Position numbers and translations under genes: made by a program. Below the pieces are notes generated by a model. It searched no databases. It was not told the origin of the DNA and worked only from the letters and a program-made list of their open reading frames with translations. From the human T2T-CHM13v2.0 reference genome, Homo sapiens: 64,000 bases of DNA. The stretch lies in assembly GCF_009914755.1 (NCBI RefSeq), contig NC_060930.1. One strand, given 5' to 3'. Positions 29,131-43,025 of the stretch are shown here, one piece after another (position 1 is the stretch's first letter; each line of letters starts with the position of its first letter).

Positions 29131-29606
29131 TTCTACTTTTTAACTAATATATCTAACTACCATTTATATAAATACTGTTTATTTAAGTACCATTAAATAT
29201 ATAATGCAAAAAATAGTTAAAATTAAATAATAAATTTTTAGAAGTACAAAAGGAGTAAATAAATGCACCATGTCATTCTTAAGTCATAAATGGTCAATTA
29301 GATCAAACATTATGAGTATAGGGTGTACCTGAATAATTTTATAAATAAGATTCATTTAATAGCTATGTATTGACTAAATTCTGCAGAAATTACACTGCCT
29401 TTTCAAGCATCTTTGTAATATGAAAAAAAATTTTGAATGCAGGATTTTGCATTAGCAAAACCTTAACAGAATGAAAAAATTGGTACAGAATAGACATAGA
29501 TATAATGTGACACTAAGCAAATGATATTCAAAACATATGCCCCTCCTTAAAAAATTATTTATAGAGAAATCAATAGTCTTAAGTGTCTTTATTAAATTAA
29601 ATACAA

Positions 29607-29905
29607 GGCTGGGTGTGGTGGCTCATGCCTGTAATCCCAGCACTTTGGGCAGCTGAGGTGGGCAGATCATTTGAGGTCAGGAGTTTCAGACCAGCCTGAC
29701 TAACATGGCAAAATCCCGTCTCTACTAAAAATATAAAAATTAGCCAGGTGTGGTGGCATGTGCCTGTAATCCCAGCTACTCAGGAGGTTGAGGCAGGAGA
29801 ATCGCTTGAACCTGGGAGGCAGAGGTTGCAGTAAGCCGAGATCGTGCCACTGCACTTTACCCCAGGTGACAGAGCAAGACTCCATCTCAAAAATAAATAA
29901 ATAAG
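29607..29905 (+). mobile_element. AluSx-like
   Basis: Full dimer with a (TAAA)n tail. Confidence 0.95.
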
Positions 29906-31167
29906 TAAATATTATATACAAAGTAACAAGGAAATAAGGGTTTACATCTAAGAAATTAGAAAAAATGAATAGCAAATGAAAAATAAGAAAGATGCTGAGC
30001 ATTAAGGCATAGGGAAAATAAGAAAATAAATAAAAAGAAAAATAAGAAAGATACAGATGAAAGGAATTAAGAAAGCTAAAAGTTGGAATTTTTATCTCAG
30101 TAAAAAGATGAAATGGCAGAATTGGAAAGCATGAGAAGAGCATGAGCAAATAAAGCCAGCAGAGCTGGTACAGGTGCTTCTCTCTGACTATAAACATAGA
30201 AAATTGTGGAAGAAATAATTTTTTAAATGGCTTAATACAACTCTTAACTTGAAAGACTCTAGGAACCATAAATGAAGTGAAACAATGATAGAGAAGGAAG
30301 ATGAATCTAATATCCCAGCCCATGGAGTATTCAACCAGGTATTTCAGTAAGGCCTGTTATTCTAAGGCAAACAAGCTGACTGAAGTATGACAAGGTGTCT
30401 AAACAGTGAAAAAATCTTCACACACTTCTCTCAGAATATGAGAGTCAAAGCAGGTAAATTTTTTAAGGATAAGAAGTTTTGAGCAACAAAATTTATAATT
30501 TAGAGAACAATTAGGGAATGCAGATTCTTTCTGAGCTCAAATGAGACATTTTTTAAAGCTGACCAGTTTCTAAGCCACAAAGTAGTCTCAACGAATGCCA
30601 AAAAACTGATAAGGTATATACCACATTTTATAACTACTTGGCTCTAAAACAAAAGTACTAATGAAAAGATAGCCTTAAAAAACAAGCAAACCAACATCTT
30701 AGTGGAAAACATCTGGGCATTTAAAAGAGCAAAGTTCTGGACAGGCCATGAGTCAAAGAAGAAATCATAATGGACAGTGGTTATTATTAAACATTAAGTC
30801 ATGAATTACAATTAAACTCCCATATAGCAAAACTTGTGCACTGTAATTAAGGCAGTTTTTAGAGAAAAATGTAGTCTTAAAATGCATGTATTACAAAATA
30901 AGAAAAACTAAGAATTAATGAATAAATAATCCACCCAATGACTAAAAATAATAATAGGGTAAATCCTAGAAATAGAGCAAATAGAATAATAAAACTAAAA
31001 TCAATTATCAATTAATATTAAAAACAAAGATACAAAACACAGAATAAAATAAACCAAAAATTGTTTTTGAAAAAACTAATATAATAGAAAAATCTATAAC
31101 AAGTTTGATAAGAAAGAGAGAGAGAGAGGAAGACAAGCAAGAAGAAGGGAAGGACAGAAGTAGACAG

Positions 31168-31372
31168 CAGTAGAGTTGTGCTGGTAAACCTTCTCTCTCT
31201 AGGGTGGGGAATAGGTTCCTATTTATAGGGGTCTCTGATTTCCATAGTGTAGATCCTGCCACAAATGCTGATTTTAATCTACCAACATGATGCCACTGAA
31301 TGCAAACTGGGGAGAGATTCATAGACACATGGCTCTGGGCAGCCAGAACAAGTCAGCTCCAGCACACCACTG
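31168..31372 (-). mobile_element. MER63A-like hAT MITE
   Basis: Ends are cagt..gtgctggtaaa and ctccagcacaccactg; about 205 bp. Confidence 0.7.
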
Positions 31373-31547
31373 GAAAGGTCACAAAGAAATAAAATTAGGG
31401 TGGAAAAACAGGAGCTAATGGAATAAAAATTTAAAATATTATAAGAATATTCAGAATAACTCCGTCAATATAAATGAAAACTTGGACAAAATGGACAATT
31501 TCTTAGAGAAATGTAACTTACCAAAATAGATTCCAATGGAAACCTGA

Positions 31548-31835
31548 CAAAAACAAAATTACAGCTAGATAAGAAGAATAAGTTTTAGTGTCCTGTAGCA
31601 CTGTAGAATGACTATAGTTAAGAATAATATATTATATAGTTTCAAATAGCTAGGAGGAGGATATTGAATGTTTTCAACACAAAGAAATGATAAATGTTTA
31701 AGATGATGGATAGGCTAATTACCTTGATCTGGTCACAATTTATTATATGTATCACAACATTGCTATGTACCCATAAATATGTACAATTATTACATACTGG
31801 CACATAAACATGTGCCATTTTAAAAAACTTTTTTA
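31548..31835 (+). mobile_element. L1MA 3' end
   Basis: acagctagataagaagaataag...caacacaaagaaatgataaatgtt...cccataaatatgtacaattat. Confidence 0.8.
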
Positions 31836-31974
31836 AAAACCAGATCATTAAGATGGTGAATTAATAGCTTAAATAGTGAAGATAGTGAATTAACAGTTTA
31901 AAATACACCAATTACTTAACAAAACAAGCAAAATAAATGGGCCCATCAGATTTTTAAAATGAGCGTTACCTAAT

Positions 31975-32230
<256 letters not shown>

Positions 32231-33129
32231 TAAGAGGATATAACAAGAAGAAATTTCCCTGTAGTGATCTCATTTTGTCAGGCCAAGATAGCCTTTACCC
32301 CAGAATCAGACATAAATACTATGAGAAAGGAAAATTTTAAGTCGGTGTCACATAGGCCTCTAAATAAAATCAGCAAATGGAACCCTTCAATGTTTGTCCA
32401 TATGTCTCCATCTGAGTATACCATAACTAAGTTGGAAACATCCATATCAAAAGTTTTTTTGTATCGGTAAATCTATTACTGTAATTTCCACATTAACAAA
32501 TTAAAAGAGAAAAATGATATGATGTCTATAGGTACAGAAAGCATTTTTGATAAGTTTCAATAATCATTCATGATGATAACAATAATTGTAAACTCTTAGC
32601 AAACTAGAAACAGAAAAGTATTAGCCTGACCAAAACTATATATTAAAACTTTTAATAAATATAATATCTTTAAGGAAATTATAAATGTTCCTTTTAAGTT
32701 AAGAATAAGACAAGATGTCTGCCATTACCACTTGTATTCAGCATTGTACTAAAGGTTGTAATCTGTATAGTAAAATAATAAAAAGAGACAAAATGAATAT
32801 AGAATAGAAAGGAAGAAATATAAACTTATTATTTTTAAGTTATATTATTGTGAATACAAAACTTTTAAAGACCTAATGAACAAATTAATTAAGTACAATA
32901 AAGTTGCTATGAGACCACTATAAAAAATGAATAGGGTTCCTTTGCAATAGCAATAGATCCCATTCACAATAATTTTAGAAATGTTAAGTCACTTCGGAAT
33001 AAATCTAAAAAAATAAGCAAGATATACAATCCAAATTATTTAGTGATATAAGCCCTAAATAAATAGAGAGTACATCATGTTTGTGGAAAGGATGACTCAA
33101 TATTTGAAAGCTGTTATTTCTTCCTAAAT

Positions 33130-33789
33130 TAGAGTTGCCATGTTTGGCAAATAAAAATACAGAAAAGCTAGTTAACTTTTGAGTTCAAATACATGAATAA
33201 TAATTTTTCAATATAAGTATGTCCCAAACATTATTGCATACTGTTGAATAAAAAATTATTGCATAGGATAAACAGGCAGATAAATAGACAGATAGATAGA
33301 TAGATACATACATACATATATACATAGATACTTATAGACACGTAGATAGATAATAGATTGAGATGGAGATAGTTATATATAAATATACAGATATACAGTC
33401 ATGTGTCACACAACAACAAGGATACATGCTGAGAAATGCATCATTAGGTGATTACATCATCTTGTGAACATCATACATGAACCTAGATGGTATAGCCTAC
33501 TACACACGTACGCCATGTAGCGTAACTTTTTGCTTCTAAGCTACAAGTCTGCACAGCATGTCACTGTATTAAATATTGCAGGCAATTGTAACACAATGGT
33601 ATGTATTTGTGTCTCTAAGCATAGAAAAGATGCAGTAAAAATACAGTATTATAATCTTATGGGACTGTTCTTGTGTATGCAATATGTCATTGACTGAAAT
33701 GTCATTATGTGGCACAGGAGTGTATATAAAATATGTTTACTTGTATTTCAAATTTAACTGGGCATCCTGTATTTTATTGGGCAACTCTA
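33130..33789. mobile_element. MER53 palindromic hAT MITE, split by insertions
   Basis: TIRs tagagttgcc (33130-33139) and ggcaactcta (33780-33789). TSD-like tcctaaat / agctaaat. Confidence 0.8.
33396..33722. mobile_element. Tigger3a/MER7-type MITE
   Basis: TA|cagtcatgtgtcac ... gtggcacaggagtg|TA, with internal acctagatggtatagcctactacac. Confidence 0.85.
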
Positions 33790-34462
33790 AGCTAAATTAA
33801 TCTATCAATTCAGTACAATCCCAACATAATTTTTTGTAGAATTTAAAAATAATTCTAAAACTCACATGGAAGAGTAAGGCATGTAACATATAAATACGAA
33901 AATTGCTTTTCCAAGAATAATGGGTAGTTTTTTGCCTTAGACCTGTATGTTTAAAGAGACACTTCTAGGAAGTCTAACCCCAAACACAGGAGTATCTTTC
34001 TCAAAGATAAATTCAATATTTCACCCCGGACTCAGAAACCTTAGCTCTGTTTATAACTGCATTGGCCTATTGATTCCTTCCAGGTTGCAACAAGAGGGGA
34101 AAGGAGAACCACCATGTCACTGGTTCTTTCTTTAATTCATATTCTCTTCTCTTTCTCTCAAAGAATCAGAGTGCTTCCAAGTTGATGCAATAAAATACAA
34201 ATATAAAACTACTCATTATAATTGAAAATGAGTCATGGCAATAATTTGACCTCAATAACCACATTTCAGGTGTGATCCTGTCCTATTCCCTACCCTGCTA
34301 TTAGATGCAGCATCTCATGAGAAAAGTAGACCAGATAGACAGTTGATATTGGTAAGAAGGTAGAATTATTTTACAGCTCTATCCTGGTAGATAGGTGAAA
34401 CCTAGTAACAGGAAATTTGGGAAAATAATATGCTTACCTAAATGTGCAATCATGGGTAGAAC

Positions 34463-34910
34463 TTGTATCAGTTAGGATTCCTTAGGTGCAAGAAACAGAA
34501 ATCAGCTCGGCCTATCAAGCACATAGGAATGCATAAGAGGATTGGAGAATATAGGACACCTTTACACAGTCTTAGGATCAGTCCTGAAGAAGTCATGAGC
34601 CAAAGTATCTCTGGGGAGAGGAGAAACTAATGGACAGTCACGGCCAGCTGGGATTAATCATCACAAACTGCTTTCTCCATCTTTTTCTGCATTTCACATG
34701 AGCTCCAAATTTCAAGGAGAGAAAAGCATCTGATGGTATCACTTGGGTCACATGTCTATCCCTTGGCTAGGAGAAATGGGGACATCTTGATCGGCAGTTC
34801 TATGGCTGCCAATAGTGAAGGAGTAGCTTTTCCAATATAAGTTCAGGGCATCATTTCAAAAGAAAGGGAAATGAATTTTTGGCAGGCATAAACAACAGAT
34901 GTCCACTGCA
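34463..34910 (-). mobile_element. Old MLT1 LTR
   Basis: tgtatcagttaggatt...gcaagaaacagaaa...cttgggtcacatgtct...aacaacagatgtccactgca. Confidence 0.55.
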
Positions 34911-37027
34911 TGACTGAATAACACAGATTTTGGGAAATGCATCCATGTAGAGCAATGTTATGATTACCAGTTGAACCTTGGTACAGAACCCCTCATTTTG
35001 ACAAAAGAAACGATTCTCTCAAGATGAATCATTCTGGGAAGTGGTTAATAGTAGATTAAGAAATGAGGTGGGCCTTTATCTGGGGGAGGAGGGGTCTTTC
35101 TTCACTCTCTGGGGCTGGAGGCATTGTGCTGAAACCAAGATGTTATTCTAAAGCTGCCCCTGACCACGGTGGCTGCTGAGTACCTCTGTTTACTGTGCAA
35201 GTAGCAACAACAACAACCATGAAGAAGGATAAGCTACTTTTTGGAGCTTCCAATATCCATGACAGTGTTTGTGGAATCCTCCCATGTCGAGAAAAGGTAC
35301 CTCTGAGTGAGTGGTGGATAACTGGTACATGCTGCTCCCCACACTCCAAAAAAGAAAAAAAAAAACGACACTGCCCTCCCCATCAAAAAACAAAACAAAA
35401 AATAGTCATTTGCACTGCAGGAGAAAGTTTTTGTTGCCCAAGATCAAGATGAGGTTTCACTACTGGTGAGCAGGGGAGAATCTGGCCAGCAGAGTAAACT
35501 TCAAGAGAATCAGCAGCAACAGTAACATAGTATAGATGCAAGATGAGAGTGCTAGAGTGAAAGAAAGCACTTCTTCCAGAGCAACTTCTAAACTCTACAT
35601 ATTCAGTGAAAATCCATTTAACCATTCTTGTATAATAAGGTAATACAAAACCTTATTACATACAAAAACACTAAGAGGAAAACAGAAATACATATATGTG
35701 TGTGTTTGTGTGTATATATATATAAATAAATAATAGTACAAGGGTGGTGGCCAGTTTTCAGTCTTTTGTTCATGTATATACATATATACATATATACACA
35801 CATATATGTACACACACATATATATAAAGTTTTAAATCATGTTTTATTATATGTAATAGAACAAGAGAGAAATTTCGCTTTGGAAATATTTGCTACTAAT
35901 ATTTTCAAACAATTTTTTATTCCCTTTTTATTTAAGGTATTTTTGACATGAAAAAGCTTCCAATTTTGTGACATCAATAACATATCCTTTTCCTCTGTAA
36001 TTTCTTCCATTTCTTCTATGTTCAGAAAGTACTTCTATTCAAAAGGCCAATGCTGTGGTCTCTATAATTTATTTTTTTAAACTTTGGCATAGACAATGTG
36101 CTATTATTTACGGGACAATTGATTTAAGCTATGCTTTATATGGGATCATTTGCCCTAATCAGGAATGCTCATACAAAAGGCGATTATTTAGCATTTAATC
36201 AGAAAGGCTACATTTCAAAGACTATAAGTACTGCATCTAATTTATCTTTGATGAAATCGGTACTTATTGATGAAATTAATGGTATGGGAGATACATACAT
36301 TGAATAAAAGATTTCAGAGACAATTCCACAAGAATTCAGGGAGTCATATCCTACTTACTTAAAGATGGCACCAAGGCGTGATCCCTACTGAGATTTTTTT
36401 GCATGCTTTCCAATGGATGTATGGGTGGCAGAATTTGATCTGCATTTGCTTTCTTCATAACCTGATAGGTTGTGGGGAAGTAGTTAAACTTCATCCACCT
36501 CTAAACATTGGAGGCTACTACTAAATTTTAAAAATAACCTAAGAGTTATGCAAGATTGAATTGGCTTACACCAGTTTGTGAGAATCAGTTAAATAGCCAC
36601 CTGTATCTTCTTCTCACTTATTTCTGAGTTTTATCTTTTATAGCCAACTCTTGACCCACCTGAAGTTTTGAATCTCAAATGGCTACAGGAGCGGAGCCAT
36701 TCACATAAATGTGTGAGGCAAACTGGCATAAAACAGGAGGTGGGAAGAATTGTGCCAAATTGCAGAGCACCAGGGGAGCTGACACTCCTCTGTTCTTGCC
36801 AAATGCTGCCATCTGGGAATGTGAGTCCAGTGTTGCTGTATCTTCTGTTTTAATTTTTCTTCCCATATTAAAAAAGAAAAAACAAAAAAAAAATTATAGT
36901 TTGTTGTAAATTTTTTTGAGTTTTATAATACCATGCAACAAACCATGTACATTTGTGGCCCAGTTATAATACAAGGGTGGTCACCAGTTTGCAATCTTTG
37001 GTTTATAGTGTAAGAGGTGAATGTTTT

Positions 37028-37040
37028 ATACATATATATG

Positions 37041-37084
<44 letters not shown>

Positions 37085-37090
37085 TATATT
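37028..37090. repeat. (TA)n(CA)n microsatellite
   Basis: Directly visible. A similar tract lies at 35690-35826. Confidence 0.9.
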
Positions 37091-37759
37091 TATCTCCAAG
37101 TAGGCAATTTTTCCCCGAAATTGTTGGAAACAGTCTTTCTCATTAAGATCTTATCCTTCCACCACCAAACACTGTATACTTGTATACTAGCAGCTGTCCT
37201 ACTAACGAGTATATTCTTCCACCACTTCCATACTATTTTCATAATAATAAATTCCACAATTTTAACTATTATTATTTTTGGAAGCATTTTAAAAACTATG
37301 AAAAAATCCTCATCCATTTAAAAACCAGCAGCCCTCCACTGGTATCGTTTTTCAAATTTTTCTTTCCTGTACACTTAAGTAAATTTAAGAATAACTTTGT
37401 GCATCTTCAACAACATCCTTTGATATTTTAATTGAAATTTTATCTCCTAAATGGTTATTGCCAATATATAAATATTCCTTTTATTTATTTTGTATCTGAA
37501 CATTTGACTTATATTCTGGTTTTAAGAATTTTAAAATGTATTCTTTTAGGTTTTCTAAGCATATCATTAGCTGGTCAATTGATAGCCCATTTTCTGGGCT
37601 ATCGAACATTTTACATAACATGAAGAGTTTTGAGTTATAGAGAGCTTGAAAGTGTTTGACAGCAAACTGTCGTGCCTGGAACTATTTTTTTGAGGTAATA
37701 CCATGATTATTGGATATATTTTTTGTGATTCTACTCATGTTTATTTCCTAAAAATCTAT

Positions 37760-38130
37760 TTACTTAAGACCTTTATTGATACCAACTATGTGTCATTGTT
37801 CTATGTGCATTGGGTAATAAAGACACACAGAGGGGCCTTTCTGTGTGTAATTATATATGAAAGGAATATATATTCTCAGAAGAGAAGACAGATAATAGAC
37901 CAACACATAAAATTTTAAAATATCAGCTAATGATAAATGCCCAGGTGAAATTAAAAGAGTGTGATATTGTGCTGAGTGACAGGCTGAGGGATGTTGAGAA
38001 ACTATGGGTAGTCAAAATAAAAACCTCTCTGAGAAAGTGACTTTTAAGATGAGACATCATTGACAAGAAGGAACCATCAAAAATCCAAGGAAAGAGATTC
38101 CATGTAGATAGAAAGCACAGTTAGTCCAGA
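37760..38130 (-). mobile_element. L2 3' fragment
   Basis: tttattgataccaactatgtg...cctctctgagaaagtgacttttaagatgagac. Confidence 0.65.
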
Positions 38131-39519
38131 GTGTAGGAAAAATTTATTTGTATACAAAGATTGGCATGCTCCAAGTTACCTATGTGACTGGAATTTTCAA
38201 ACTTATTAGTACAATGTAATTCAATACTATTAACTTCCTCCATGTCTTTATTTTTTCTTTTTCATCCTTAATAATGTTTGTCTTTGACATCATTCTTAAT
38301 AAAATGTGCCTATGATATAGCTGCTACATTATGCATTTATTTTTAAATTAAAATAAAACTTTTGGATTATCAATTCCACTTTGACTTTTATATTTAGACT
38401 TTTTCCTCTATTTTTGTTTCCTATTTAAAATTCTTCTTATTTTTAGTAATAAACATTTTTTTACTACCAATATTCTGTGAGGTAAGTTTAGTCCACACTA
38501 AAAAAAGAAAAATGCTAATGCCTTGTGTTCTTTCTATTCTTGTTTCAAAATTGTCTCAGATTATAATATTATTTTTATCATTGGCTAAGATAGGAGATTT
38601 TACTTTGAACTTTTAAATGATAAGATATTTTATTCCCATCTAATAAATTAATATCCAGTGAATTCTATCATGGTCAGAAAATATGAATTTTTGATTTGAG
38701 AAATGTATTGAAGTATTCCTTTCAGTCTAAGTACATGAGTTTATTTTTTTCTGTCTCTTTTTGGTATTACATGGGCATCTAAGTAAGTTATATTCTTCTC
38801 TTGTGGATATAAAGCTTTAAAACTTATCGTATATCTATTGATTTAGCCTTATATTATCACGCAATTTCTTCTTGTCATCTTTTTTTTCAACTACTTACTC
38901 TAACAAAGGTTGAGAGATGCATCAGTTACCCAAAATTTTTTTCTTCAAATTTGCCTTATATTTTTAACAGTCTAGTAGGAATGAGAAAGTACGAGAGCCA
39001 GAAATGTGAAAGTTTGTAGCTACAATATGAAACTATTTGTAGCCAGACCTAGGACCTGCAACACGTATAAGGATGTTTCTTGTTGTGAATACTACATGAA
39101 AAGCTAACTCAAACTGACTTCAACAATATTGTATAAGCTCACATAATTGAGAAGTTTAGAGAAAAGGCAGCTTTTAATTGTTTTAATGAGGCCTCCCCAT
39201 TCTTATTCCCGCTGTTCTTCATGTATCAGTTTCAACTTCAAGTGGCGTTCTTCACAGCAGCAATATGAATGAGCCAGCTCCAGGTGTGACACCTGCACTT
39301 GCTGCTAACTAGAGGAGAAGAGAGTCTGTATCCCAAATTATTTACAAAAGTTCAGGAATTTCACATGATAGCAGAGGTCAAATGGTCACATCTTTATAGT
39401 CACTAGCCCAGGGGTTGGTATGCACTCACTGGCTTCATCTATTTTACATGCTCCACTTACAAGAATGAAGTATTGTTTCCCAGAATGTCATGGCCCCTCA
39501 ATGGAAATCAGGGACAACA

Positions 39520-40032
39520 GGTGATGAGTCAGTGTTCTTCAGAAAAAAGAACCAAATGGCTATAAATACATATATAGAAAAAAGATATATTATGAAGGAG
39601 TTTCTCATACAATTTTGGAAGCTGAGAAGTCCCACCATCTGCCATCTGCAAGCTGGAGGCCTAGGAAGCCAGTAGTGTAGTTTCAATCCAACCCCAAAAG
39701 TCTGAGAACTAGGAAAGCCAATGATGTAAGTCCCAGTCATGTCTGAAGGCCCAAGAACCAAAATCACTAATGTCATCAGGCAGGAGAAAATTAATGTCCT
39801 AACTCAAGAGGAGAGAGTGGATTTGCCCTTCTTCCACCTTTTTGTTCAGGCCCACAACAGATTATATGATGCCCACCTGCATTGGTGAGGGTGATCTTCT
39901 TTATTCAATCTACTGATCCAAACGCTAATCTCTTCTGGAAACACCCTCACAAACACACTCAGAAATAATGTTATACCAGCTATGTGGTCATCCATTAGCC
40001 AGTAGAGTTGACATATTAAATTAACTTTCACA
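39520..40032 (-). mobile_element. MLT2 (ERVL) solo LTR, next to an older MLT1 piece (~39065-39490)
   Basis: gctgagaagtcccac...tgcaagctggag...ggaaacaccctcaca...gttgacatattaaattaactttcaca. Confidence 0.8.
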
Positions 40033-40093
40033 ATAGGGAAGAGAAAAGGGGAAAACCAAATTTTAGTCAGTGGAATAGAAAATTCCTAGGTCT

Positions 40094-40414
<321 letters not shown>

Positions 40415-40531
40415 TTAAATAGAGAAGAAAGTCATTACAGTTGTGAATTTTAAGGAGCTTCGTATTTAGAATACTATAGATATTAAAAATTGCAGGGTGA
40501 TCATAACTAAAACAGACCAGGACAGAAACTA

Positions 40532-40940
<409 letters not shown>

Positions 40941-41614
40941 CTATTACTTCAAGAAAACTGATAATATTCAGTCTGCAGTAATTTGGAATAAAGCTTGACT
41001 CATCCAAAAATTTGAGCATTTTAAAAAATAAGAAGATAGCAAAAGTTGCAGGTTACCCATATTTGTTATTTAATAATACATTATTCCCTTCCCTGGTACA
41101 GGGATGTGTGCAGTCCTATAATTGCATCAGGTCCAACATTTACTTGAGCCATGCATTTCAAAAAGATAATTTCCGAGGGGTGGGGGAAGGAAATATTGCC
41201 CTAGAATAGCAATAGCACAAGTTAAATCTGAAAATCTCTAGCATGAGCCAAGATTACAACATCAAAGGTGATTATTTCCTTAATTCTGTCACAATAGCTA
41301 ATATTGTCTAAAGAATAATAATGACAAAGTTTAAGGGTGGATTACCATGACAATTCTGTTTATAAGCATTCCATATTATGCAAAATAAAGTTTATTTTTA
41401 GGTTTTCCTGACTGCAGAGAGACATTAGTTACTCCTAAAGAATCTTCCCCAAACTGGAATTAGCAGAATTAAAATTGAAACTTTCTATATTGAAGATGCA
41501 TCCTAAACAATGTAATTACTAAGGTTTAAATCTTATTTATGAAATCTTATTTATGAAACTAAAATGTATAACCTATATTACTGAAAATGTCAAGAAATTA
41601 GATAATGGATTTTA

Positions 41615-41948
<334 letters not shown>

Positions 41949-43025
41949 GATACAGATTTTAAATTTATATTTCTTGGGAAATTATATTTCAGTTTAGAAA
42001 ATAATTTATTGGTCCATTCCAAGATGGCTGAATACAAAGAGCACTGGTCCGCAGCTCCCACCATGATCAACACAGAAGACGGGTGATTTCTGCATTTTTA
42101 ACTAAGGTACCTGGTTCATCTCACTGGGACAGGTTGGACAGTGGGTGCAGCCCATGGAGGGTGAGCCAAAGCAAGGCAGGGCATCACCTTACCCGGCAAG
42201 TGCAAGGGGTTGGGGGATTTCCCTTTCCTAGCCAAGGGAAGCCGTGACAGACTGTATGTGGAAAAATGGACACTCCCACCCAAATACTGCACTTTTCCAA
42301 CGGTCTTAGAAATGGCACACAAGGAGATTATATCCCATGCCTGGCTCAGCGGGTCCCACACCCACAGAGCCTTGTTCACTGCTAGCTCAGTGGTCTGAGA
42401 TTGACCTGCAAGGCAGCAGCCTGGCAGGAGGAGGGGCGTCCGCCATTGCTGAGGCTTGAGTAGGTAAACAAAGTGGCCAGGGAAGCTCGAACTGGGCAGA
42501 ACTCACCGCAGCTCAGCAAGGCCTGCTGCTTCTGTAGACTCCAACTCTGGGGGCAGGGCATAGCTGAACAAAAGGCAGCAAAAACTTCTGTAGACTTAAA
42601 AGTCCCTGTCTGACAGCTCTGAAGAGAGCAGTGGTTCTTCCAGCACAGTGTTTGAGCTCTGAGAATGGACACACTGCCTCCTCAAGTGGGTCCTTGACCT
42701 TTGTGTAGACTAACTGGGAGACATCTCCCAGTAGAGGCTGACTGACACCTCACACAGGCAGGTGCCCCTCTGGGACAGAGCTTCCAGAGGAAGGATCAGA
42801 CAGCAATATTTGCTGTTCTGCAGCTTCCAGTGGTGATACCCAGGCAAACAGGGTCCGAAGTGGACCTCCAGCAAACTCCATGAGACCTGCAGCTGAGAGA
42901 ACTGACTGTTAGAAGGAAAACTAACAGAAAGGAATAGCATCAACATCAACAAAAAGAACATCCACACCAAAACCCCATCTGTAGGTCACCATCATCAAAG
43001 ACCAAAGGTAGATAAAACCACAAAG

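Noticed and set aside
29700-30323. 207-aa hydrophobic - strand ORF (membrane-protein-like)
   Set aside because: It is the antisense of an A-rich low-complexity tract (F/L/I/S bias) running into an Alu frame.
35204-35217. (CAA)n as a polyQ/polyT coding repeat
   Set aside because: Only about four units, with no supported exon or ORF.
41259-41268. TCF/LEF site ACATCAAAGG (also ctttgat at ~36246, 50710, 62393) as Wnt feedback elements
   Set aside because: These short motifs are scattered and expected by chance in 64 kb of AT-rich DNA. They are not clustered.
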